Notes under the pieces: model-generated
What the model saw: only the letters and a program-made list of their open reading frames with translations
Told to the model about the DNA's origin: nothing
Databases searched by the model: none
Program-made: the position numbers and the translations under genes
Assembly (NCBI GenBank): GCA_032250835.1
Contig: JAVVEA010000012.1
Coordinates: 1-64,000, forward strand
Reading direction: 5' to 3'
From: a bacterium
Lineage (GTDB): Bacteria > SAR324 > XYD2-FULL-50-16
Length of the DNA stretch: 64,000 bases
Part shown: positions 49,701 to 59,182 of the stretch, piece by piece
Layout of the letters: every line of letters begins with the position of its first letter
Numbering within the stretch: the stretch's first letter is position 1

Positions 49701-50095
49701 TCGATCCAATGGAGCAGCTTTTGCCCCTGGTCCTTGATCTCTAGGTAAGGGGCTAGGTCTTTTTTCAGTCGGTCATCGTAGGCAAAGGGATAGGCTTCGG
49801 CCTCTTCGTCTACAAAGAAGTCAAAGGGGTTGATCACCTTTAAGTCGGCGATGACCTCAACCTCGATCCGGAATCGGTCGGTTGGCTCCGGGAAGACCAA
49901 CCGGGCAAGGTAATTGCCGAAGGGGTCCTGTTGCCAGTTGATGAAGTGTTCTTCTGGATAGACCTTAAAGCCATACCCTAAGATCGGGGTGCGGCTGTGG
50001 GCGGCGGGCCGCAGGCGGACTACATGCGGGCTCATCGCCACACGGCGGTCGAAGCGGTATTCGGTGTTGTGGATCAGTTTGATGCGGATGGTCAT
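46757..50095 (-). CDS. Transglutaminase + DUF2126 putative amidoligase
   Basis: GSCRD, DLHAW, GGEPTFVS, TPDPGVIEVN, GTGGGNH, GNTHRAEFCIDK. Confidence 0.92.
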   Translation of the reverse strand: MTIRIKLIHNTEYRFDRRVAMSPHVVRLRPAAHSRTPILGYGFKVYPEEHFINWQQDPFGNYLARLVFPEPTDRFRIEVEVIADLKVINPFDFFVDEEAEAYPFAYDDRLKKDLAPYLEIKDQGQKLLHWIEALQVKGHKKVPIVDFLVNINQKVYQDLSYNIRLEPGIQTCEETLTKHSGSCRDFAWLLVEVLRHLGLAARFVSGYLVQLKTDEKSLDGPSGPEADFTDLHAWCEVYLPGAGWVGLDPTSGLFAGEGHIPLSATPDPQSAAAITGATDPCEVDFSFENKVIRIHEDPRITKPYDEATWARIDQLGYQVDHVLEQEDVRLTIGGEPTFVSVDDYEAAQWNTDADGKHKRQLSNDLLIRLKEQWAPGALLQFGQGKWYPGEPLPRWKKACYWRKDGLPLWQDPSLQALDTEELNYGRKQARKFAKALSQAIQVPDSFWIDAFEDVVYFAWEEGRVPTNLDPRKAGLKDPLERRKLAELLMDDLGQEAALVMPLKWNREFSCFQSSKWKFRTEQLFLVPGNSAAGFRLPLDRLALTEEEKKQIEAERSLFEEVPPLLENPADYLKTPQVDLWTETIQTAMTLEVREGRLFLFLPPFKDLEPFAAMVRLVEQASKETGIKVILEGYDPPPDRRIEKFMITPDPGVIEVNVHPSRSWGELVDKTKSLYEQARLARLGSEKYMLDGRPTGTGGGNHVTLGGATPADSPLLRRPDLLRSLITYWQHHPGLSYLFSGLFVGPTSQAPRVDEGRDAILFELELAFSQLPKGNVSQPWLVDRILRNLLVDISGNTHRAEFCIDKLYSPDSPTGRLGLLEFRGYEMPPHYQMNLTQLLLIRTLLAHFWQKPYEGQLVRWGTQLHDKFMLPHYIWEDMKEVTQDLQRAGFPFQLEWLAPFLEFRFPLYGRVQVGEVKMELTMGIEPWNVLGEEVTSQGTARFVDSSVERLQVKLFGFIPERFQLQCNGRPVPMVSTGTEGEYVAGIRHLAWNPPSALHPNIPVEPKLTFDLVDLRNKTILGGCNYFVTHPGGRSYEVFPVNSFEAESRRINRFWDFGHTPEQLVAAVPQMPAGPGKIKSGNYVEPKAFDPNPVEIKPPVRNAEYPYTLDLRLR

Positions 50096-50248
50096 GGGCT
50101 CCCCTTTGGTGGCATCTGAAGTGTAATGCTCAAGACCCCCGAAATCAAGCAAGCAAATCTTTTCTGATCATTTTAACAGCCCTTGCTGGAACCCTTAGCT
50201 TCGATGGATTCCACGATCCTTTAAGAGGAAGGCTAAGTGGGTGGTGAG

Positions 50249-50270
50249 TGAATATTTTGGACAATATTCA
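50249..50270. promoter_or_regulatory. Perfect inverted repeat, candidate operator upstream of nap
   Basis: tgaatatt-N6-aatattca in the divergent intergenic region. Confidence 0.5.
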
Positions 50271-50337
50271 TTTTTTTCTTGGTGCAACCCCCTAGGTCTG
50301 TTACATTAGCGCAAAACCCTGTTTATGAGGACGATGG

Positions 50338-50568
50338 ATGTTGATTTCCGCCCTTTACTTGCTCTTTGATCCCAAATTCGATGCCCCCTTGCACCGGGAA
50401 TTGTCTGCGCAGCCGGGCTTGGACCTACAGACCGAAGAACCGGGCCGCATGATTTTGACCCTAGAAGCCCAAGACGAAGAGTCCTCAGCCCGTCGGCTCA
50501 GAGAACTGATCGGCTTGCCCGGTGTTTTGGACGTGCAGGTAACCGGATTTTATAGTGAACCCAGTTGA
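50338..50568 (+). CDS. napD: Periplasmic nitrate reductase chaperone
   Basis: MLISAL start, [15 protein letters not shown]; directly upstream of napA. Confidence 0.8.
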   Translation: MLISALYLLFDPKFDAPLHRELSAQPGLDLQTEEPGRMILTLEAQDEESSARRLRELIGLPGVLDVQVTGFYSEPS

Positions 50569-50603
50569 GCCTTGAAGACTCAGCCATGCCCCAGGGGAAA
50601 CAA

Positions 50604-53333
50604 ATGGAATGGAACCGACGTGAGTTTATCAAGCGCAGCCTCGCCGCCAGCGCGGCCTTGGCGGTGGGGATTGAGCTTCCGCTAGGCTGGTCTGAAGCCT
50701 TGGCCGCCCAGGCTGATTGGAACTGGGACCGGGCGGTTTGCCGTTTCTGCGGCACCGGCTGCGCCATCCAGATTGCCACCGAAGGAGACAAGGTGGTCGC
50801 CGTCAAGGGGGACCCTGATTCACCGGTCAACCGTGGCCTACTCTGCGTAAAGGGCTACCACAACGGCTCGATTTTATACGGCAAAGACCGCCTGACCGAG
50901 CCCATGCTGCGCATGAAAAATGGCAAATTCGATAAAAAAGGTGAATTTACGCCCGTCAGTTGGGACCAAGCTTTAGACCAGATGGCCACCCAAATTAAAA
51001 AGGTCTTGGCCACCGACGGACCCGCCGGGATCAGCATGTTTGGCTCTGGGCAATATACCGTTGACGAAGGTTATGCCGCCAATAAACTGATCAAGGCCGG
51101 CCTGCGCAGCAATAACCTAGAACCCAACGCGCGACATTGTATGGCCAGCGCGGTGGTGGGTTTTATCCAGACCTTCGGCATCGACGAACCGCCGGGAAAT
51201 TATGACGACATCGAGGCGACGGACACCCTGGTGCTCTGGGGGGCCAACATGGCCGAGATGCACCCGATCCTTTGGACCCGCGTCACCTCAGCCAAGTTAA
51301 AACGCCCCGAGCGGGTGCAAGTGGTCAACCTAAGCACCTACCGCAACCGTTGTTCGGACTTGGCGGATTTGGAGATCATCTTTGCGCCCAACACGGACTT
51401 GGCGATTTTTAACTACATCGCCCGCGAACTATTGCAGCAAAAGGCGGTGGACTGGGACTTTGTCAACCAACACTGCGTCTTCGCTGCTGGACCGACGGAC
51501 ATTGGTTATGGCTTGCCCAAAAAGGACCGGCGCGAACATGAGGTGATTCTTTCTAAAGCCGGGGCCATTGCGCTGGGCTTAGGAGCCGCCGGGGCCGGAC
51601 AGAAAGTGGCCCAAGAAAACACTGCCACGGCGGGCAAACATTGGGTGATCAGTAAAGAGGAGTTCATTAAGGGCTTAGAGCCCTATGATTTGGACTATGT
51701 AGCCAACTTAGCCAAAGGCGACGCCAGCGAATCGATTGAGAACTTTAAAGCCAAATTGGTGACCCTCGCCGGACTGTACGCCGAAAAAGCCCGCAAAGTG
51801 GTCAGTTTCTGGACCATGGGGATGAACCAGCATGTGCGCGGCAGTTGGGTCAACGAACAGGCCTATATGGTCCATCTGTTGGCAGGCAAGCAGGCGAGCC
51901 CCGGCAATGGGGCCTTTTCCTTGACCGGTCAACCTTCGGCCTGCGGCACCGCCCGCGAAGTGGGCACCTTCAGCCACCGCCTCCCGGCGGACTGGGTGAT
52001 TGCCAACCCGGCACACCGCCAAGCGACCGAGAAGATCTGGAACCTGCCCCAGGGCACGCTCAACCCGGTGCCCGGCAGCCACGCGGTCAAAATCATGCGC
52101 GAGCTAGAATCCGGCAAGATCAAGTTTTTCTGGTCTCAGGTAGCCAACCCCTTCCAGGACTACCCGAACCTCAACCGCGCCATCGCCGCGGCCCGCAAGC
52201 CCGATGCTTTTGTGGTGGTCTCCGACGTCTACCCCACCGTCAGTTGCAAAGTCGCCGATTTGATCCTGCCCTCGGCGATGATCTTTGAAAAATGGGGCGC
52301 ATACGGCAATGCCGAGCGCCGCACCCAGCATTGGCGCGAACAAGTCCCCCCGCCGGGCAACGCCAAAGGGGACACCTGGCAATACCTTGAGTTAGCCAAA
52401 CGCTTTACTTTAGCGGAAGTCTGGGGCGAGACGCCGCTGGCCAAGGCACCGGGCGGAAAATTGCCCAGCCTGTTGGGCCAATTGGGCGCTATGGGCTATA
52501 CCCCCGAAGATAGCCTCTTTGAGGTGCTTTTTAAACGCCCGGGCGCGGCCTTTCCTTGGGACGCCAAAAGCCCCTTGGCCAAGGGGAAGCGAAACCACAT
52601 CGCACAAGAGCAAGGTTATTTTGTGCAAAAGGCGCTTTGGGAGGAATACCGCCGCTTTGGGGACGGACATGGCCATGACCTAGCCCCTTACGATACTTAC
52701 TTTGAGGTGCCCGGTCTGCGCTGGCCGGTGGTGGACGGCAAAGAAACCCCCTGGCGTTACCATCAGGACTACGACCCCTATGTCAAAAAAGGTGAGGGCT
52801 TTAACTTCTATGGTCCCGCCTTTAAAGAACTACCCCAAGGCGACCTCCAGGGAGTGGACGCCAGCGCCCCGAAGGTCAAGCTGTTCGCCTCTAAAGACGC
52901 CCAAGGCCATATCCGAGGCGGCAAAGCCAAGATCTTCTTTCGGCCCTACGCCGACCCGCCGGAGATGCCCGATCAGGAATACGACCTCTGGCTCTGTACG
53001 GGCCGGGTCTTAGAACATTGGCATTCTGGCACCATGACCCGGCGCGTACCCGAGTTGTACCAAGCCGTACCCAACGCCACGGTGGCCCTACACCCCGAAG
53101 ACGCCAAATCTAGGGGACTAAAAAACGGCGATTTGGCCAAAATCGTCTCGCGCCGAGGTGAAGTACAGGCTCGGGTGGAGATCGGCGGACGCAACCAGAT
53201 GCCCCTAGGCAGCGTTTACGTTCCCTGGTTTGACGAACATATATTGATCAACAAACTGACGCTCGACCAGACCTGTCCCATATCAAAACAAACGGACTAT
53301 AAGAAGTGCGCCGTTAAACTGACCAAGGTATAG
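50604..53333 (+). CDS. napA: Periplasmic nitrate reductase catalytic subunit
   Basis: Tat motif [44 protein letters not shown]. Start chosen from the SD; alternatives are 50565 and 50586. Confidence 0.97.
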   Translation: MEWNRREFIKRSLAASAALAVGIELPLGWSEALAAQADWNWDRAVCRFCGTGCAIQIATEGDKVVAVKGDPDSPVNRGLLCVKGYHNGSILYGKDRLTEPMLRMKNGKFDKKGEFTPVSWDQALDQMATQIKKVLATDGPAGISMFGSGQYTVDEGYAANKLIKAGLRSNNLEPNARHCMASAVVGFIQTFGIDEPPGNYDDIEATDTLVLWGANMAEMHPILWTRVTSAKLKRPERVQVVNLSTYRNRCSDLADLEIIFAPNTDLAIFNYIARELLQQKAVDWDFVNQHCVFAAGPTDIGYGLPKKDRREHEVILSKAGAIALGLGAAGAGQKVAQENTATAGKHWVISKEEFIKGLEPYDLDYVANLAKGDASESIENFKAKLVTLAGLYAEKARKVVSFWTMGMNQHVRGSWVNEQAYMVHLLAGKQASPGNGAFSLTGQPSACGTAREVGTFSHRLPADWVIANPAHRQATEKIWNLPQGTLNPVPGSHAVKIMRELESGKIKFFWSQVANPFQDYPNLNRAIAAARKPDAFVVVSDVYPTVSCKVADLILPSAMIFEKWGAYGNAERRTQHWREQVPPPGNAKGDTWQYLELAKRFTLAEVWGETPLAKAPGGKLPSLLGQLGAMGYTPEDSLFEVLFKRPGAAFPWDAKSPLAKGKRNHIAQEQGYFVQKALWEEYRRFGDGHGHDLAPYDTYFEVPGLRWPVVDGKETPWRYHQDYDPYVKKGEGFNFYGPAFKELPQGDLQGVDASAPKVKLFASKDAQGHIRGGKAKIFFRPYADPPEMPDQEYDLWLCTGRVLEHWHSGTMTRRVPELYQAVPNATVALHPEDAKSRGLKNGDLAKIVSRRGEVQARVEIGGRNQMPLGSVYVPWFDEHILINKLTLDQTCPISKQTDYKKCAVKLTKV

Positions 53334-53338
53334 GAGGT

Positions 53339-53824
53339 ATGATGAAAGTTACCGCAACGATCTTCTTAGCCCTTGGATTTCTCTTGGCTGCCTGTTCGAG
53401 CGCCAATCAGGCGGGCTGTCAGTCCTTTTCCTTGCGCCAAGACTGCCTCAGCAAGACCGCCAAGCCCCTGCCTGCGCCGGTCTATAGCTCCCAAGGGGCT
53501 GGAGAAAGCCAGCTGCTTGTGCGCTCCTTTGCCACCGCTCCGCCCCAAATCCCCCATGACATGGAGGGATTACCGGTCACTAGAGAGGCCAATATGTGTC
53601 TGACTTGCCACTATCCGGGCGGCTCAGGGGTGCCGGGCCTGCCCGCTAGCCACCGGAGCCAGCCCAAGATTGCCTTAGGCCATACCCAAGGCTCACCCCA
53701 GTACACCCGCGTAACAGGGCGCGAACCGGCCCCCGAGGGCTTCGACCAAGCCCGGTATTTCTGCAACCAATGCCACGTCCCCCAAGCAGGCAACTTAAAG
53801 CCCTTGGTGGAAAACCAATTTTAA
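53339..53824 (+). CDS. napB: Nitrate reductase dihaem cytochrome c subunit (lipoprotein signal)
   Basis: APPQIPH, CLTCH, RYFCNQCHVPQ, PLVENQF; lipobox LAAC. Confidence 0.92.
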   Translation: MMKVTATIFLALGFLLAACSSANQAGCQSFSLRQDCLSKTAKPLPAPVYSSQGAGESQLLVRSFATAPPQIPHDMEGLPVTREANMCLTCHYPGGSGVPGLPASHRSQPKIALGHTQGSPQYTRVTGREPAPEGFDQARYFCNQCHVPQAGNLKPLVENQF

Positions 53825-53894
53825 CCCACCGGGCCCAGGCGTTAGCGGTTTCCTGGGCCTTGGGCTACCCTGGCGGTCGGGGGGCTTTATGGAG

Positions 53895-55643
53895 TTAGGC
53901 GGCGGGCTTGGGCCAAAGGGGGCGTAGGGCGGCCAGCAGCTTGTCTTTACCCAGCGGCTTGTTGAGGTAGCCGGAAAAAAGCTGTTCATCGGCTATAGAG
54001 GCCAGCTCTTGGGGGGAATAGGAACTGAGCGTTAAAATCCAGGGGGCAGGGGTCGGTAGACTTTTGATGCGGCGCGCCGCCTCGATGCCGTTCATTTCGG
54101 GCATGTCAATATCCATCAAGACCACCTCAAAGCGGTGGGCCTGCATTTTTTCTAGGGCCTCTAACCCGTTGCGAGCGGTAACGAACTCAAGGCCCAGGTC
54201 CTTTAGCTGAGAGCTGCTACTTTCCAAGTGCAGTGGGTTGTCGTCTACAATCAAAATCGGTCGTTGGGCGAGGCGCGCTAAAATCGCCTGGTCCGTTTGG
54301 GTGAGCGCCAGGGTATCGGCGTTGCCTTTAGGTAGGGTAAACCAAAACTGACTGCCCTGGCCCAGTTGGCTATCCACGCCGATTTGTCCGCCCTGACGCG
54401 CCACAAATTCAGCGCATAAGATCAGCCCCAAACCAGACCCGGCCTCACTCTGGGTGCCGAGACTCGAATGGGTTTTGCGGTCAATGGAAAAGAGGTCGGC
54501 CTGAGCCGTTGGCGCAATCCCTACGCCCGAATCAGCCACCGTCACCTTAAGAAAGTCCCCGCAGGCTTCCGCACTGAGCCGGATTTCCCCCTTTTGGTCG
54601 GTGAACTTTAGGGCATTGCCCAGCAGGTTACGTAAGATAGTGGTCACCATTTCCTGGTCCGCATAGGCCACCTGTGACGGGTCAATTTGGCCCATCAAGC
54701 GGACCTGCTTTTGCTGGGCGGCCTGTTGGTATAGGTCCAAACAGGCCTTTTGCGGCTGCGCTAAAGAGAAGTGGGTGGGCGCAAATTCAAGGTTCCCCTT
54801 TTGGCTGCGGGACCAAAGCAGTAAGTTTTCCAGTAATTGGTGGGTGCTTTTGGTGGTGCTGCGGATGGTTTGTAAGAGGTCCTCTTCTAGATCCTGGGCG
54901 TGATGGATCACGTCACTAAAAATCACTGCCAAGCTGCCGATAGGGCCGCGGAGGTCGTGGGCGATGATCGTAAAAAACTTATTTTTGGTGTCCACCGCCT
55001 CTTGCAGTTGGGCGGCGGTCAACGAAAGCCGCGCCTTAGATTCGATCTCCGACAAGGCCACGGTAGACACATTCCAGCCCTTCAGCACCACAATCCCAAA
55101 GCCCGCCCAAGTGGCCGCTAAAATCCCCAAGTAGATTGGGCTGTGGTGCAAGATCAGATAAAGGCTCCAAGGCACCATTACCGATATATCCAGCGCCAGA
55201 AAATAACCGGGCATGATGGCATAAGTCATGACGCCAACGGTGACCATCACCATCATGACGATCATCAGAAAAAAGATCCCTACCGATTGATTGTTGGGCA
55301 AAAAGAAGGGGCTGATGCCATATTGCAATCCAATCCCACAGCCGACCCAAACCCGGCGGCGGGCAAGGCGTAGCAGTTCAGCTTCATGTAGCTTTTGGGT
55401 GCTTTGGCGGCGAGAAAGCCAGAGCACAAAAACCACAAAGGCCAGCATCAAACCCAACAGCCCAGCCGCCTGATACCAAGGGGTACCCGAAAGATAGAGG
55501 ATCAGCGTCAAGGTAAAAGACCCAATGACCGCCTTAGACATATTGTCTGTAGAATGCCTAAAAAACTGGTCTACCCGCGCGTGGAAGATTTCTTTTTCCA
55601 GCGGGCTTTCAGGTAACCGAAGCAGGCCTTCTTTTAGCTTCAT
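53895..55643 (-). CDS. Membrane-bound hybrid histidine kinase
   Basis: Multi-TM N-terminus, IAHDLRGP, GSGLGL, MDIDMP. Confidence 0.92.
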   Translation of the reverse strand: MKLKEGLLRLPESPLEKEIFHARVDQFFRHSTDNMSKAVIGSFTLTLILYLSGTPWYQAAGLLGLMLAFVVFVLWLSRRQSTQKLHEAELLRLARRRVWVGCGIGLQYGISPFFLPNNQSVGIFFLMIVMMVMVTVGVMTYAIMPGYFLALDISVMVPWSLYLILHHSPIYLGILAATWAGFGIVVLKGWNVSTVALSEIESKARLSLTAAQLQEAVDTKNKFFTIIAHDLRGPIGSLAVIFSDVIHHAQDLEEDLLQTIRSTTKSTHQLLENLLLWSRSQKGNLEFAPTHFSLAQPQKACLDLYQQAAQQKQVRLMGQIDPSQVAYADQEMVTTILRNLLGNALKFTDQKGEIRLSAEACGDFLKVTVADSGVGIAPTAQADLFSIDRKTHSSLGTQSEAGSGLGLILCAEFVARQGGQIGVDSQLGQGSQFWFTLPKGNADTLALTQTDQAILARLAQRPILIVDDNPLHLESSSSQLKDLGLEFVTARNGLEALEKMQAHRFEVVLMDIDMPEMNGIEAARRIKSLPTPAPWILTLSSYSPQELASIADEQLFSGYLNKPLGKDKLLAALRPLWPKPAA

Positions 55644-55969
55644 TGCTTGTTAGTTTTTAGGGCGAACAAAAAAAGATTTGAGCCCAAACCTCATTAGCCG
55701 GGTCTTCCGGGTCCCTTCAGGATAAACCTACCTATAACCTAGTCATTTGGAGATTCCTATTGGTAGATGTTCTTAAGCTCAAAGTTGATTTTACGAGCCT
55801 AAAGCCCCCTACTGCGTTCCAACCATTATTGCGGACCAGGACTCTTTTTGTCTTACTTTTCTAGAGCAAAGCGGCAAAAGCCCTTTTAAAACCAACAAAT
55901 AACCATATAATCATTGACTTATAAAGTCTGCCGAAACGTCATTTGCCGGGCCCTTGATTGAATATAAAT

Positions 55970-56262
55970 CTAGCTGAAGGCCCCGCTTTGCGGGTCAATT
56001 CAAATCCGGCTAGGGGGCTCGGAGGACTCCACTCCTTTTTGGTTTTACCGAAAGGCCCAGGATTGGACCACCAAAGACCAGATGCCCGGGGCAGGCAACC
56101 CCCAAATCACTGGGGTAAAAGACCTATTTATTATAGCTTGGGGGCATACCTAAGGGGGTCGAGTTTACGGACCCAGGGTCTTTAAAAATAGCCCCCCTAA
56201 CCTTTACCATAGGGCAGCCTGCTTGAGACCCGCCAAGGGCCTTTTCTTTTGAACTCAGCTAG
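55970..56262. ncRNA. Candidate structured RNA in the 830-bp intergenic region upstream of the stressosome operon
   Basis: Nested complementary segments read by eye (see findings); no family recognised. Confidence 0.3.
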
Positions 56263-56471
56263 GGCAAAGCACCGGTAGTCTCCCGCTGTCCATTGCTTGA
56301 GGGAATATTTTGATTGTAGCTAGGGGGGAGTTGATCTACAATCAACTACATGGGTCACCGGCCCAATTACCTGATACCGCCTCAGCGCGCCCAACATACC
56401 CCTTTGGGGTATTCGGTACGAGACCGTCCGCTTGGTTTATCCGCAAGTTCAACACAATTGGAGTTTACCGC

Positions 56472-57374
56472 ATGATCACAATTTCCGTAAAAGAGTGGGA
56501 ACGACGCAAACACTTTGTTCAATTTGAAGAAGAAGACATCACTCGGCTCAAAGAGTTGCTTCCGGTGGTGGAGAAGCAGGTAGATAAAGTGGTCGAACAG
56601 CTTTACGAAAACTTTGAAGCTATCCCCGAGCTCTCTCGGATTTTGCATGCCGAAGAAGGCCGCCTTGAAAAACTCAAGCGGATGCAGCGCGCCTATTTTC
56701 TCCAACTCTTTGAGGGCGACTACGGCTCTGACTACCTGAACAACCGCCTAAAAGTGGGGATGGCCCACCACCGCATCAATTTAGGGGTCGATTGGTATCT
56801 AGGGGCTTACTCAATGTACATCCGCTTGGTGATGCCGATCATCTTAGATCACTACAAGAAAGACCCGGCCAAAGGCCAAGCGGCCTTTGCTTCGGCCATC
56901 AAAATCATCCACCTAGACCAAGACGTGGCCATTTCCACTTACCTCTCGGCCCGTGAAGAGGTGATTGCCGAACAGTCCGAAGAGATCTTAGAGCTCTCGA
57001 CCCCCGTAGTGCAGCTCTGGGACGGTATCGTCGCCGCCCCGATTATCGGCACCTTAGATAGCCAGCGGACCCAACTCTTTATGGAGCGTTTGCTGCAAAC
57101 CATCGTGGACACCAAGTCGCCGGTGGCGCTGGTGGACATCACCGGCGTGCCCGCCATCGACACCGCCACGGCCCAACATCTGATCGACACCATCAACGCC
57201 GTCAAATTACTGGGCTCTACGGTGGTGATCACCGGAGTCAGCCCCTCCATCGCCCAGACCTTGGTGCATTTGGGCATCGACCTTTCGGACATCTTGACCC
57301 GCTCGAGTCTGGCCGAAGGCCTCAAGGTGGCGCTCAAGCAACTTAATCTGGTGATGACCACCAAGGGGGCTTGA
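56472..57374 (+). CDS. rsbR: Stressosome sensor, protoglobin + STAS
   Basis: Globin-coupled sensor domain (RLKVGMAHHRINL...WYLGAY), ELSTPV, GTLDSQR, DITGVPAIDT. SD ggag before ATG 56472. Confidence 0.9.
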   Translation: MITISVKEWERRKHFVQFEEEDITRLKELLPVVEKQVDKVVEQLYENFEAIPELSRILHAEEGRLEKLKRMQRAYFLQLFEGDYGSDYLNNRLKVGMAHHRINLGVDWYLGAYSMYIRLVMPIILDHYKKDPAKGQAAFASAIKIIHLDQDVAISTYLSAREEVIAEQSEEILELSTPVVQLWDGIVAAPIIGTLDSQRTQLFMERLLQTIVDTKSPVALVDITGVPAIDTATAQHLIDTINAVKLLGSTVVITGVSPSIAQTLVHLGIDLSDILTRSSLAEGLKVALKQLNLVMTTKGA

Positions 57375-57375
57375 G

Positions 57376-57738
57376 ATGTACGAAGGTTCCATTTCGGTCA
57401 TTAAAATCCGCAATGTTTTGTTGGTCACCGTGCCCCCGGACCCGGACGACGAGCTGATCAACCAACTGCAAGAGCGGGTGTTGCAGATCCTAGATCAGTC
57501 CAAGGCCAAGGGCGTGATCATGGACATTTCGACGGTAGATATTTTGGATTCATTTTTCGCCCACACCTTGGTTGAGACGGCCAAGATGATTGCCCTGATG
57601 GGCGGTCGGACCATCATCAGCGGGATGAACCCCAGCGTGGCGGTCACGGCGACCCAACTGGGCCTAACCTTTGGTGATATCGATACGGAATTGGATGTGG
57701 ATTCTGCCTTAGACCGGATGGAAGCAAGCGAGGATTGA
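57376..57738 (+). CDS. rsbS: Stressosome scaffold STAS protein
   Basis: DISTVDILDSF, LMGG, SGMNPSVA. Confidence 0.9.
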   Translation: MYEGSISVIKIRNVLLVTVPPDPDDELINQLQERVLQILDQSKAKGVIMDISTVDILDSFFAHTLVETAKMIALMGGRTIISGMNPSVAVTATQLGLTFGDIDTELDVDSALDRMEASED

Positions 57739-57742
57739 CCCT

Positions 57743-58159
57743 ATGGCTTTTACTCCTCTCGAAGAGGGCTTTGAATTTGTGCCCATTAAGACCGAGTCGG
57801 ATATTGTGCGCAGCCGCAAGGTGATCCGCACTTTAGCCAGCAAGATGGGCTTCCGGTTGACCGATGTGACGCGCATCGTCACCGCCGCTAGTGAATTGGC
57901 CCGAAATATTTACAAATACGCCGATCAAGGGCAGATGTGTTACCGGGAATTGCAGATCAACGGTAAGCTTTGGCTTGAGCTGGTTTTCGAAGACCAGGGG
58001 CCGGGGATTGAAGACGTTGAAATGGCCATGGGCGAGGGCTATAGTAGCTCGGGTAGCTTGGGCCTGGGATTGCCCGGAACCAAGCGCTTGGTCGACGAAA
58101 TGGAGATTGAAAGCGAAGCCGGTGTGGGTACCCGGATCACTTTACGCAAGAAGGTCTAA
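57743..58159 (+). CDS. rsbT: Stressosome Ser/Thr kinase
   Basis: TAASELARNI, DQGPGI, LGLGLPGTKRLVDE. Confidence 0.93.
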   Translation: MAFTPLEEGFEFVPIKTESDIVRSRKVIRTLASKMGFRLTDVTRIVTAASELARNIYKYADQGQMCYRELQINGKLWLELVFEDQGPGIEDVEMAMGEGYSSSGSLGLGLPGTKRLVDEMEIESEAGVGTRITLRKKV

Positions 58160-59182
58160 TTGTCCGTTGAAAAAAGTGATCAAGTTATCTTTTTAATCAG
58201 CAATAAAGGGGAGGCCACCCTGGCGAAGCGCCGGGTGCGGTCTTTTGCCTTAGACTTAGGCTTTGCTGACGACCTAGCCGAAAAGCTGGCCATAGTGGTC
58301 GCCGAGTTGGCTTCGAACCTACTCAAACACGTCGGCGAAGGCCACCTGTTGGTTAGCCGCCTGCGTGAAGGCGAACAGTTTGGGATCGAGATCGAGTCGG
58401 TTGACCAAGGTCCGGGGCTCTCGGCGCTCGGTGACTCCTTTGCCGACGGTTTTTCTACGGCCGGTACCCTGGGCAATGGCCTAGGTAGCATCAACCGGAT
58501 CATGGACGATTTGGAAATGCTGCCGGGGCACCATAAGGGCTTAAGGATCATCGCGCGCAAATGGATCCACCGGCCAGGCAAAACGGCGGGGTTGGTTTGC
58601 CCCTTTGACATCGGCGTAGCCAGCCGCCCGCACCCCAAGATGAGTGTCAACGGAGACAACTTTTTGGTGCGTAGTGGCCCGGACTTTAGCTTTGCTTGTG
58701 TGATCGATGGGGTGGGCCATGGGCAATTCGCCTTCAAGGCGGCTATCTCGGCGCGCAACTATTTAGAAGGCCATTTCCACAAGCCTATGACCCAGCTATT
58801 CCAAGGTGCCGCTCGGGCCTGCGCCTCTACTAGGGGGGCGGTAATGGCCGCCTTGACGCTGGACTGGCGGACCCACCGGATTAGCTTTGCCAGCGTGGGC
58901 AATATCGAAATCCGCGTCAAGGGGCCCAAAAGTTATAGTTTTATCCACCGTCGGGGCGTGGTGGGCAGCCGGATGCCCCCCTTTAAGCCCCAAGAAGAAG
59001 TTTGGGAGCCCGGGACCTTGATGGTGCTGTTTTCCGACGGTATCCGAACCTCTTGGACCTGGGATGAGTTTGCCGACCTATATAACGAACCCTCCAGCAA
59101 GATCGCCTCAGCCATGCTCAACAAACTGGCCCGAGACAATGACGACGCGACCGTAATGGTGATTAAGGACAAAAAGTCATGA
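58160..59182 (+). CDS. RsbT-like ATPase domain fused to SpoIIE/PP2C phosphatase (RsbX-like)
   Basis: ELASNLLKH, DQGPG; NGD, IDGVGHG, FSDGI, DDAT. Confidence 0.88.
   Translation: MSVEKSDQVIFLISNKGEATLAKRRVRSFALDLGFADDLAEKLAIVVAELASNLLKHVGEGHLLVSRLREGEQFGIEIESVDQGPGLSALGDSFADGFSTAGTLGNGLGSINRIMDDLEMLPGHHKGLRIIARKWIHRPGKTAGLVCPFDIGVASRPHPKMSVNGDNFLVRSGPDFSFACVIDGVGHGQFAFKAAISARNYLEGHFHKPMTQLFQGAARACASTRGAVMAALTLDWRTHRISFASVGNIEIRVKGPKSYSFIHRRGVVGSRMPPFKPQEEVWEPGTLMVLFSDGIRTSWTWDEFADLYNEPSSKIASAMLNKLARDNDDATVMVIKDKKS

Noticed and set aside
55970-56262. c-di-AMP (ydaO) riboswitch, RNase P RNA or tmRNA
   Set aside because: Only gctgaa and tcagcta match ydaO. The RNase P GAGGAAAGUCC motif and the tmRNA tRNA-like ends are absent.
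56310-56471. N-terminal extension of RsbR from TTG 56310
   Set aside because: The sequence is hairpin-rich and not protein-like; an SD supports ATG 56472.
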